From Fimicolochytrium jonesii (taxonomy: Eukaryota): 64,000 nt of DNA. The notes below the pieces were generated by a model. The model saw only the letters and a list, made by a program, of their open reading frames with translations, had not been told where the DNA came from and did not search any database. The stretch is taken from the NCBI RefSeq assembly GCF_025526975.1, contig NW_026515681.1, positions 1 to 64,000 on the forward strand, written 5' to 3'. A program made the translations under genes and the position numbers. Positions 1-10,080 of this stretch are shown in pieces; position 1 is the stretch's first letter, and each line of letters starts with the position of its first letter.

Positions 1-274
1 TGCTCTCTACGCTCGCCACGCACGCTCTAGGAGCATAGCTGGCGCCCCCCAGTCCCCTCTTGTTGTTGTTGTTCTCTGATCTGCTGGGTTGCCTATCTAT
101 AAATAGCCGGCCTCTCTTTGTCCATTCCCTTCCTCCCCAGCAGATCAACACCAGTTCTTCTCATCTCCTGTTCTAGTCCTTGTTTCTTGTTTCGCCAATA
201 CAATCTCTTGTCGCCTATCACACTCGCCCTGTCTTCTCTACTTCGCTTCCGCCCCCGTCGTCGAGATCATAACA
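1..274 (+). repeat. LTR of B-type Gypsy element (3' part; truncated by window start)
   Basis: Near-identical to the reverse complement of the left part of LTR 9505-10068. It has a CTATAAATA TATA-like box and ends ...GAGATCATAACA at 274. It abuts C-family LTR sequence rather than a PBS, so it is a 3' or solo LTR. Confidence 0.9.
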
Positions 275-363
275 GTAGTGAAGAAAAAAGTAAGAAGCTC
301 TTCGCAGCGGCCGCTCAACTGACAGCTTTATATATGGGCTGCCAGTGGGGCTTGCGTGGCTTC

Positions 364-906
364 TGTTATGATCTCGACGACTGAGGCGGAAGCGAAGTAG
401 AGAAGACAAGGCGAGAGTGATAGGCGGCAAGAGATTGTATTGGCGAAACAAGAAACAAGGACTAGAACAGGAGATGAGAAGAACTGGTGTTGATCTGCTG
501 GGGGATCAGGAAGTGGGGAGCTCAGGGGAGGCGGCTATTTATGTTTTTCTGGGAAGGCTGGGGAAGCGTGGGGAAGCAGAAGGGTACGGAATGAGAGGGA
601 AGCCAAGAGAAGCGCCAAGGGTGGGGAAGCATAGAAACAGAAGACTGGGGATGGGGCGGCTACGCTGAGGCTGTGGGCGGGTACGTGGGGAAGTATGGAG
701 AAGGGTTTGTAAGCGCCGAGTGTTGGGAGGTGTGGCTACGTGCGGCTGCGTGGAGAAATGAAGGCAGTGGCAGGTGTGGGGTAGCGCGGCTGCGTGCGGC
801 TGCGAGGTTTGGCAGATGTCAGGTTTTGACAGGGAATTGACATTGACTGACTGTTTGGGATGCTGTCATGAGGTAAGCGCATGGTATGGACGCGTCGTCC
901 ATAACA
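364..906 (-). repeat. 3' LTR of element A
   Basis: TGTTATG...CATAACA termini; no difference from 5081-5623 seen by eye, and ORFs 417..668 and 5134..5385 translate identically. Confidence 0.95.
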
Positions 907-920
907 TCACCCCCTCCTTT
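907..920 (-). other. Polypurine tract of element A
   Basis: Minus strand reads AAAGGAGGGGGTGA immediately before the 3' LTR. An equivalent tract lies at 10069-10082 in element B. Confidence 0.8.
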
Positions 921-924
921 AGCC

Positions 925-3900
925 ACGGCGTCCGGATGTTGTTTTGATGTTGGCAGGCTTTGGTCGGGGTTTGTCGGGGTACTTTTGGTGGAACTGGGCA
1001 ACGAGCTCTTGACAGCGGGCAAGGTGTTCCACTGACTCCCAGGTGTTCTCGGAGTCAGGCCAGCCTTGCCATTTGACCAAGTACTGAAGGTGACGACGAT
1101 GGATGCGAGAGTCAAGGATGGCTTCGACAACCCACTCTTCTTGACCCTCAATGTTCTCGGGGAGTGCAGGTTCGGGTTCGTGTCGTTCGGGAATGGTGGG
1201 GAGCGAGGTTCAAGAAGGGAGACATGGAAGACATCGTGGATTTTGTACGTAGGCGGAGCTTGAGCCGGTAGGCGACTGGATTGACCTTTTCAACGATGGG
1301 AAATGGCCCAATCTCGCGATGGTCGAGCTTCGGAGAGGGCCGGGTCGTCTGGAGGTTTTTTCGGAGGAGCCAGACGTGGTCACCAGGCTTGAAGTTTGGT
1401 CCAGGAATTCGTTTAGCGTCAGCGTAGCGCTTCATTCGATCTTGGGCTTCCTTGAGCTCACGGGCGAGCTGTTCGTGGACTTCCTTGATTTGTTGAGTGC
1501 GGGCTTCAGCGGCGGGCTTGACGGATTCGGAGGTAGTAGAGGCTGTAAAACTGAAGCGGGGGTGGAGACCATTGTTGGCGTAGAAGGGAGTGGTCTGGGA
1601 TGCGGACTGGGGAGTGTTGTTGTAGGCAAACTCGGCGGATTATGACTCGTAGCAGGGGAGGAAGTGGGCCATCTTGGTGAAGCGACAGACGACATTCAGG
1701 CTGGAGTCGTACCCATCAACGGGAGGGAGGCCGGTGATAAAGCCCAGGGACCAGGATCCCCAAGGGCGTGTAAGGATAAGGTTGGGCTGGAGAAGATTGT
1801 ACGGTGTGTGTCGACTGGATTTCGCTTGGCAACAGATATCGCAGGACTTGACGTAGGCTTTTGGCGAAGCGCCACTGACTGGGCCACCAGTAGTTGCAGG
1901 AGACGAGTTCAAGGGTCTTGGCCATGCCAAAGTGACCAGCAAAGGGGCGTGTTGTGCATGTCGTGGCAGATTTGGGCCCTGAGGTCGTTCATAGGGACGT
2001 AGCCTAGATTCTGGTGCAGGAGGATGCCATCTTCTTTGGTGAAGTGCTTGAGTCGCCTTGATTCTCTTTGGTCGTTCCGCTGGGTTGGCCTGGAGCTTGG
2101 ATTGGATGGTCTTGGCAAATGGATCGTTTACTAAGGTAGCGCGGATGCGATCGAGGAGGGCGGAACCCATCGGAGTCAGGTACGCGGCGGAGAGGTGAAG
2201 GCAATTTGGGGTCAGAGTTGGTGTTTCTTGGGAGTCGAAGGCGAAGGCTCTTTTGGTTCAAATTCCGACCAACGAGAGAGGGCGTCGGCCTGGTGGTGCA
2301 GGGTTCCGGGTTGGTAGGTGATGACGAAGTTGAAGTCGGCGAAGAACAAGGCCCAGCGGGACTGGCGACAATTCAGCTTACGGGTGGTCGCCTGGGAGCG
2401 GAATGCTTCTTCCCTCTCCTTTAGTTGATGTTCGGAGCGGCGGGAGAGGGCATTGGCTTGGCGCTGCTGGGAGCCGGGACGATAGGTGATGACAAAGTTA
2501 AAATCCGAGAAGAATATGAACCAGGGGGCTTGGCGAGGCTTCAGGATGCGTGTGGTCATGAAGTATTGAAGGTTTTTGTGGTTGGAGTAAACGGTGATCG
2601 GGTGACGGGCGCCAATGAGATGGTGTCGCCACTGGGCAAAGGAGTATTGAATGGCCAGAAGTTCCTTGTCGTAGATTGCGTAGTTGATTTTTTCGGCCGT
2701 GAATATGCGGGAGTGGAAGGCAACAGGGTGGAGCTGATTGTCCTTGTCGGGTTGGAGGAGAACTGCCCCAAGAGCAAAGTCGGAGGCATCCGTTTCAACG
2801 ACAGAAGGTTTTGCTGGGTCGGGGTGGGCAAGAATGGGAGCAGAGGTGAACGCGGCTTTGAGTTGGTTGAAGGTTGCATTGGTGGCGGGCGTCCATTGGA
2901 ACAGGATGTCATTGCGGGGCAGAGATGTCAGGGGGGTGACGATACGAGAGTAGTGGTAGGTAACGCGTCGGTAGAAGTTGGCAAATCCTAGGAAGCGCTG
3001 GATGCCTTGGACATTGGTCGGAGGTTCCCACTCAGTGATAGCAGAGATCTTCTTGGGGTCCATAGCGATGTTTTCTTCGAGGTCGATCGGGCAGGCGTAA
3101 GGCGGGTCTTCCGGGAGAGTATCTGCATACTTCTTCTCGAAGACATCAGCGAAGTGCTGGTATCCTTCGGGCAGGAGTTCCTTCAGGGTAGGCTTGGGGG
3201 CATCAGGCTTCTGGGTACTAGGCCTGGGCGAGGCATGGTCAGGGGCTGGAATCTCGATGTTGTCTTGGGGGACCCCGATCAACGGGTTCCGTGCCTTGGG
3301 CTCAGGGCCAGGTGTCGTGGCAGGTAAGGGATTCCAGCGTGCGCAGCTGGCGGAGTCGCAATGGCAACAGAATCCCAGAGCGGGTCTTCCATTGCAGGTC
3401 CATATCATGTAACTCCAACCACGGCCGGCCCAGGATAATGGGAGCGTGCGGTGAGCGAGTGATGTGGAATGTGACTTCCTCGAAGTGGTCGTTAACCCAC
3501 ATTCCTAAGGGTTGGGTGTGATGAGTTATTTCACCAGCGCTGCTGGGACGGCCATCGACGAGTTCGAGCGTGAGCGGGATTTCCCGGGTGACCCGAGGGG
3601 TGCAATGTTCGCGAGCGTAGGCTTCCTCCATGAAACAGGACATCGCACAGAGGTCTGGGAGGGCGGAACGCTGGAGTGGGGCTTGGCGAGAGGAGATCTG
3701 GAGGGTGACTGGGTGTTCGAAGGGTGCTGAAGGTGCCAGGACTGGTAGTGCAAGCGGGTTGGTACTGGGTGACTCAAAGGTCTTGGTAGCTAGAAGTAGG
3801 GTGTTGCTGGTGGCTTGGGGTGAACTGGGCGTGGGTGCGGCCTCTGCCATTGCAATCATTGCGGGGTGAGGAGAGTCGGAGCGGTGGTGAATGATTTCTT

Positions 3901-5012
3901 CAGACGCTCGAAGGCAGAGTTTGCGGCAGGTGTCCATGCGTAAGGAAAGTCTTTTCAGGTCAGGGCGGTGAGCAGTCTTGAGAGGGTTCCGAGAGGCAAG
4001 CATTCTTTGTATGGATTGCGTTGTGAAAACCCCGGGGAAACAGAGACAAGAGGCAGCATCCCTTTCCGGGAACCCCATGGAAACCGAGACAGGAGGCGGG
4101 CATTCCCTTTTGGGAACCCCGCGGAGACTGGGACAGGAGGCGAGCATTCCTTTGGGAACCTCGCGGACACTGGGACGGGAGGCGAGCGTTCTTTTGGGAA
4201 CCTCGCGGAAAGAGACCATGGGAGGGTGGCCCCCGCCGTTGCAATTGCTGCGTGGTGAGGTGGCCCAAGAAAACAGGGTACTGCGGATCGTAGGGAGGCG
4301 GTGGCTGGCTTCGCCGTTGCAGATGGTGCAGGGTAAGAAGGCCAGGGAAGTTGGGGTCGGGAAATGTCGGACGTGCGGAGGACGGAACGGAGGTGGAGGC
4401 TGTATTCAGCTGCCACATGACAAGACGGGTGGCGTTGACAACGGTCCTTGAAGTGGTTGTTTGCCCACATGCCCTCGGGTAATGGGTGTGATGGGTTATT
4501 GAGATTCTTCAGGGTGTCGTCTTCGTGCCTGCGACTGGGATACGGGACTCGGATTGGGATGACCGGAAACAGGGGTGTCGAGCAGGAACGAGAGGGTTGG
4601 CTTCTTCCGTTGCAGTAGATGCTGAGGTGAGCAAGCCCAAGGAAAACACACGGGCAGAGCGGGTGGAGTGTTGAGGGTCTCAGGGTGTCGGAGGTGGGGT
4701 GTCGGGGTCCGGGGTTTAGTTACAGGGTGACCGGGTTACAGCAGGTGCCAAGCCGAGCTGGAGTTGGGTGCTAGGACGACTAGGGCTGGTTCAGGATGCT
4801 GAGGTTGCCTGGACTTGCGCCGATCTTTGGCTCCAGAGCTTCAGGCGCAGGGTAGGTGACTTGGGGACGGGTGTACGCATCGGCTTGAGCCTGGGCGGCA
4901 ATGTTCTGAGCAGCTTGTGCGTTGGCTTGGGCTTGGGCTACGTTGGGGTTGACTTTGGCACATATCATTCCATTGCTTTGGCGGTGAAAGGTCCAGATTC
5001 GGATTGGGACAT
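925..5012 (-). pseudogene. Degenerate gag-pol of element A (truncated gag, protease, RT lacking catalytic core, RNase H, IN lacking core, chromodomain)
   Basis: The gag start MSQSESGPFTAK at 5012 matches B gag MSQPESVPFTAK. RNase H motifs ETDASDFALG and YDKELLAI are present. RT jumps from CPIDLEEN directly to IAMDPKKI. IN stops matching B after KMAHFLPC and resumes near the EFAYNN region. Multiple frameshifts. Confidence 0.9.
4027..4212. repeat. ~42-44 bp degenerate tandem repeat (about 4.3 copies) inside element A
   Basis: Units resembling AACCCCGCGGAGACTGGGACAGGAGGCGAGCATTCCTTTGGG start near 4027, 4071, 4115, 4157 and 4199. Confidence 0.85.
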
Positions 5013-5068
5013 GGCGAACAGGTTTGGCAGATGCGAGGCTTGACGGGTTCTGAACTTCGCAGTGTTGG

Positions 5069-5078
5069 AGCAGATCAA
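5069..5078 (-). other. Non-tRNA primer-binding site (self-priming type) of element A
   Basis: Minus-strand TTGATCTGCT lies 2 nt inside the 5' LTR boundary and is perfectly complementary to minus-strand AGCAGATCAA in the LTR (5207-5216), downstream of the TATA-like box. There is no TGG tRNA-type PBS. Confidence 0.75.
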
Positions 5079-5080
5079 AC

Positions 5081-5623
5081 TGTTATGATCTCGACGACTG
5101 AGGCGGAAGCGAAGTAGAGAAGACAAGGCGAGAGTGATAGGCGGCAAGAGATTGTATTGGCGAAACAAGAAACAAGGACTAGAACAGGAGATGAGAAGAA
5201 CTGGTGTTGATCTGCTGGGGGATCAGGAAGTGGGGAGCTCAGGGGAGGCGGCTATTTATGTTTTTCTGGGAAGGCTGGGGAAGCGTGGGGAAGCAGAAGG
5301 GTACGGAATGAGAGGGAAGCCAAGAGAAGCGCCAAGGGTGGGGAAGCATAGAAACAGAAGACTGGGGATGGGGCGGCTACGCTGAGGCTGTGGGCGGGTA
5401 CGTGGGGAAGTATGGAGAAGGGTTTGTAAGCGCCGAGTGTTGGGAGGTGTGGCTACGTGCGGCTGCGTGGAGAAATGAAGGCAGTGGCAGGTGTGGGGTA
5501 GCGCGGCTGCGTGCGGCTGCGAGGTTTGGCAGATGTCAGGTTTTGACAGGGAATTGACATTGACTGACTGTTTGGGATGCTGTCATGAGGTAAGCGCATG
5601 GTATGGACGCGTCGTCCATAACA
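5081..5623 (-). repeat. 5' LTR of element A
   Basis: Direct repeat of 364-906, followed by TSD GCTTC. Confidence 0.95.
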
Positions 5624-5758
5624 GCTTCAGTCAGGCTTGGCGCCTTATTTGATGCATCACCAAGTACTCGGGTGGCCAGCCCGGGTCTCCGATCAAGTAG
5701 AAGTAAAGAGATATTATATGATATTATATATACAAGTGAAGATGAGATATCCCCGACA

Positions 5759-8700
5759 CCTCCCTCAGATCCTGAGGAGGGCGCCGAAGACATAAGAGGT
5801 GAACTACGAGGGATATGTGAAGAAAGGGAGAGCTCATGTTCATTTTAAAGTGTTGACGCACTTGTTCATTTTATAGTGTTGACGCACTGTGTGATGTGTG
5901 TGTTTGAGGCAAAGGCGTCCCTAAGCCGACGTCGTGTGTGATGTGTGTGTGTGTGAGGTCGGTTCTTGCGACGCCGCGCGTGATGTGATGTAGTTTACGT
6001 CGCTATTGTCAGCGGTGTGATTGATAGTGAGCGGTTCTTGCGGCGCCGCGCGTGTGATGTGATATGAGATGCTCTATGCTGTTTGTCTCTGTATCCACAA
6101 AGATTGTGGGTGAGCTTATTGCCATCGTTTGTAGGCAGGCGTGTAGCGAAGTGCGGATTCGGGTTCCCAAGTAGGGTCAGGATAACCGAGCCATTTGACT
6201 AGAAGATTTCGTACGGCGCGTCGCTTGTCGATGATAACTTCTACAACTCATTCAGGTTGTCCGCGTTCTTCGATCGGTGCAGGAGGTTGTGGAACTGCAC
6301 GTTGCGGATATTGCTCTTCGCGATGTGGTCGTAAAATATCAACGTGAAAGACGGGCCAGATGCCGCTGATTTTTGACGGTGATAAATCGAGTTCGTAGGT
6401 GTCAGGATGTGCTCCCAGTGCGATGATTTTGAATGGTCCGATCCATGAAGCTGAGTATCAAAGTCCTCTTTGAGCGTCTACTTCTAGGTTGATTCCTTGT
6501 CGATTCAGATCAACGAGGTATCCAATTTTGTATGCAATTGGCGTTCGACCTTTGTCGTGTTGACGTGCGAATTGATCTTGCGATCTCTGAAGGTTTTCGC
6601 GTACAATGCGGGCGATGTCTTCCTGCCCTTTCTTGAAGAGTTCGAATTCATTTCGATCTACAGCTTGAAGTTTGGGTTCTTGTCCTTCGAGTGTAAGATT
6701 CCAACCCGGGAGGATTGGAGAGCGTCCTAGATCTACTTCGAATGGCGATAAACCTTCATATTCCTCCCTCGGAGCAGTGTTGTATGGGAATTCGATTAAA
6801 GGCAATAGTTTCTTCCAATTGCTTTTGTCGTAGTTGAGGTATTGCTTCCAAATCCTTTTCAGGGTTTGGATGGCTCGCTCAACTTTACCGTCAGTTTGCT
6901 GATGACGACCCGTAGCGAATTCGTGTTTTACACCGAGGAGAATATCGAATGCGAGGAAGAAGTCGGAAAGTGCGCAAGGTTCCCGATCCGTAACGAAGAC
7001 TTTTGGCGTACCGACATGTTTTCAAACATGATCTAGAAAGACTTGGGCTAGTTCGCGTCCAGTGATTGTCTTCTTGGTCGGTGTCAGAATCACACGTCCG
7101 GAAAGGTAATCAATGCAGACGAGACATGAGTTTGTTCATCTACTTCGAAAATGTAGAATCCGATCGTGTGCCATCTTCCAAAAGGTATAGGAAGCGGTCG
7201 AAGAAATCCGTATCGACAATGACCAGGTTTGAATTGTCGACAGGATTTGCAAGTTCCAACGTATTTGATGACATCGGAGCATACGGTAGGCCAGTAATAG
7301 TCCGTAAGAATTTTTGCGAGAGTCTTCTTAACACCGAGATGTCCTCCGGTGGCGAGTTCCTCATGGAATTTCCGTAAAATCTTAGGGCGAATGCCTTCAG
7401 GAACGTATAGACGTCCTTTGTGTCGTACTAGTCCATTTTTGAACGTAGAACGGAGTTCTTTGGAAGTTTTCTCGTGTTGGGGCTCTCGAGAAATTTCATC
7501 GAGATAATCCGAATATGGATCTTCGCGTAGCGCTTTTTTCCATCCTTCTTCTGAGCAGGTAGGTGAGTTTTGTGGATCGTCTGTCGTAGCGTTGGAGGAA
7601 GGTTCATTGACAAGCATGTTGCTGATCTGCGTATGCATGTTGAGGCGTCGTTGACAATCTACACACCGAGGCGCATAGATTGGATTGCGGGAGAGCATGT
7701 TGGCGATATGATTCCATCATCCAGGTAAATACTGGATGTTGAAATCATACTCTTGCAGCTTCTCCATCCAATTGGCTTGTCTTCTGCTCAAATGGGGTTG
7801 TGTTTGGATGAATTCGAGTCTCTTGTGATCGCTAAAACATCGGAAGTAACGACCGATGAGATATGGTGGATTGGCGACCAACATCTTGACAGGAGCTAAT
7901 AGCTCCTGTTTGTGCATAGGATATCGAGTTTCTGCATCCTTCATCTTTCTAGAAAAGAAGACCACAGGCCGGAGCCGAGGTAACTTCTTCCATTGTCCGA
8001 CGAGAGTAGGCAGATTCGTAGGGATCGATTCATCGCCCGGAGGTTGTCCAATCCAGCCAGCAATAGCGTAGCCTGATGAGTCGGTATACACGTAAATCGG
8101 CTTGGTTTCATCGATCGTTGCTAGCGTAGGCGCATTGATCAATGCTTCTTTCAACTTTTGAAATGCCTCTTAGTGCTCAGGACCCCATCGAAATTTGACT
8201 TTCGAGGATTGAATGCTTGATAGGGGCAGAGCGATGTCCGAATAACCTTGTACGAAATCAAGGAAGTAGTTCGTGAACCCGAGAAAGCTTTGGACTCCTT
8301 TCGTTGACTTTATAGTAGCCCAATCCCTGATAGCTTGGATTTTTGAGGGCGCGATGCGAACACCATGTCTTCCGACAATATGTCCACACCATTCGAGTTC
8401 TTCATTAGCCCATACGCACTTTGAAGGCTTGATGAAAAGAGCGGGTTCTTCAAGTTTCTTCAGGATACGACCGACGCGTTCCCGATGTTCGGCTAAGGTC
8501 TTTGAGAAAATGAAAATGTCGTCCAAGTATGTAGCGAGGAATTCGTCGAAATCTTTGTGCAAGATCTTATTCATAAGACGTTGAAATGCAGCAGGTGCGT
8601 TGGTGAGCCCGAACGGCATGACCAAATACTTGAAATGTCCAAAACAAGTTCGTATTGCCGTTTTTTCTCTATCTTGTTTTTGTATAAGAAGACGATGGTA

Positions 8701-9504
8701 CGCTTCTCGAATATCAATAAGCGTAAACCATTTACAACCTTGAGTCCGATCCCTCATCTCGCGAATATTGGGTAAAGGAGTGCAATCTTTCTTGGTGACG
8801 GCGTCGAGACCTCCGTAGTCCCAACAGATGCGTAAACCGCCATCTTTCTTTTTCGCAAAGACTGACACTAGCTCCCCAGAGACTTGAGGAGTGTTGTATC
8901 CATCCTTTTTCGAGCATTGAGGTGATTTGTTTCTTGAGTTCAGCGAGTTCTTCTTTGTTCATGTGCCCAAGAGGTTGCCAAACGGGTTCAGCACCTTCAG
9001 TGAGTTCGATCTTGAAGTTATCCTCTCCGCGATCAGGGGGTAGACCTTCCGATTCCTTGAAGACCGTATTAACGTATTTATCTAGGATATCCTCAAGATG
9101 TCCAGGATTTCCTTTAAGCTCTTGGGGGGCGTCCGGTATTTCATTAAGAGCGAGGTGACAGACCGTGTCTTTTTCAAACTTGTTCCGTTGCCAAGCCTTA
9201 TTCAATCGCTTGGAAGTCATCTCTATGACTTGAGGATTGCGAAGGGCATTGGCTTGAGCGAATCGAGATACATAATGAGGTGCGGCTTGTAGAGGACGAG
9301 TATCCACAGGTTTGATGATCGGAACAGGTCGAACGGGTCTTTTGCCATAGACCGGATCTCGTTGAACATCGAAGTAAGGGTTGTTGTGTTTTGGGATGTA
9401 TTCGACGTCTTCCCAGTTTCTTGAAGTTCTTTCGCACTTGATGGTAACAGAGTGCGGTGCGTTTGGGATAGGGCCGTAATTGGTCCAGCGAAGGATAGGT
9501 AAGG
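5759..9504 (-). mobile_element. Family-C Gypsy element C1, internal region (3' UTR plus pol), 5'-truncated at the B insertion
   Basis: Reverse complement of about 17042-20789. Protease, gag and the 5' LTR are absent beyond 9504. Confidence 0.9.
6116..9504 (-). pseudogene. pol remnant of C1 (RT, RNase H, integrase, chromodomain) with stops and frameshifts
   Basis: RT motifs [13 protein letters not shown] and YLDDIFIFS; RNase H YTDSSGYAIAG; IN zinc finger H..GGHLG...CKSC; fragmented over several ORFs. Confidence 0.9.
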
Positions 9505-10068
9505 TGTTATGATCTCGACGACGGAGGCGGAAGCGAAGTAGAGAAGACAGGGCGAGAGTGATAGGCGACAAGAGATTGTATTGGAGAAACAAGAAACAAG
9601 GACTAGAACAGGAGATGAGAAGAACTGGTGTTGATTTGCTTGGGAGGAAGGGAACGGACAAAGAGAGGCCGGCTATTTATAGAGAGGCAACCCAGCAGAT
9701 CAGAGAACAACAACAACAAGAGGGGACTGGGGGGGGCGCCAGCTATGCTCCTAGAGCGTGCGTGGCGAGCGTAGAGAGCATTGCTACAGCTGCTGGCTAT
9801 GGGGAAGTAGTGGGGGGTGTGGAGAAGCTGAGGGGGGATTGGCGAAATGAGAGGAGAGAGGAGGAGTGGCGATATTGCAAGAGGATTGGCGAAATGAGAG
9901 GAGAGAGGGGGAGTGGCATTGACATTGACATTGACACTGACATTGACATTGATATTGACACTGACATTGACACTGACATTGACATTGACATTGGCGTTTG
10001 ACATTTGGCGGTTGACATTGGCGGCTGTCAGTAGGTAAGCTTATGGTATGGGCGCGTCGTCCATAACA
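9505..10068 (-). repeat. 3' LTR of element B (564 bp)
   Basis: TGTTATG...CATAACA termini. It shares the ~135-bp R/U5 end and the ~40-bp U3 end with the A LTR, but the middle differs. Confidence 0.93.
9915..10020. repeat. (GACATT/GACACT)n hexamer array in U3 of the B LTR
   Basis: About 13 tandem hexamers followed by degenerate TTGGCG-TTGACA units. Confidence 0.9.
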
Positions 10069-10080
10069 TCACCCCTCTCT

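Larger units (their letters stand above)
364..5623 (-). mobile_element. Ty3/Gypsy chromovirus element A: full boundaries, internally deleted (non-autonomous)
   Basis: It has 543-bp direct repeats (364-906, 5081-5623) with TG...CA ends, a 5-bp TSD GCTTC (359-363, 5624-5628), a PPT at 907-920, and gag/PR/RT/RNaseH/IN/chromodomain remnants on the minus strand. Confidence 0.95.
275..5758 (-). repeat. 3' LTR of family-C element C1, split into 275-363 and 5629-5758 by insertion of element A
   Basis: Both pieces match the reverse complement of C LTRs 14963-15236 and 20790-21067 and join across the GCTTC duplication. The piece ends ...GATATCCCCGACA at 5758, next to a polypurine tract (minus-strand TCTGAGGGAGG). 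Confidence 0.9.

Noticed and set aside
4027..4212. Repeat array as a possible CRISPR
   Set aside because: Head-to-tail degenerate units without unique spacers, inside a eukaryotic retroelement, with no cas genes.
8732..9661. 309-aa ORF spanning the B LTR and C1 pol
   Set aside because: Chance read-through across an insertion junction; the N-terminus is LTR sequence and downstream pol is frameshifted.
9558..10018. ORFs with DIDIDTD, NVNVSV or MSMSVS repeats
   Set aside because: Translations of the GACATT hexamer array in the LTR.
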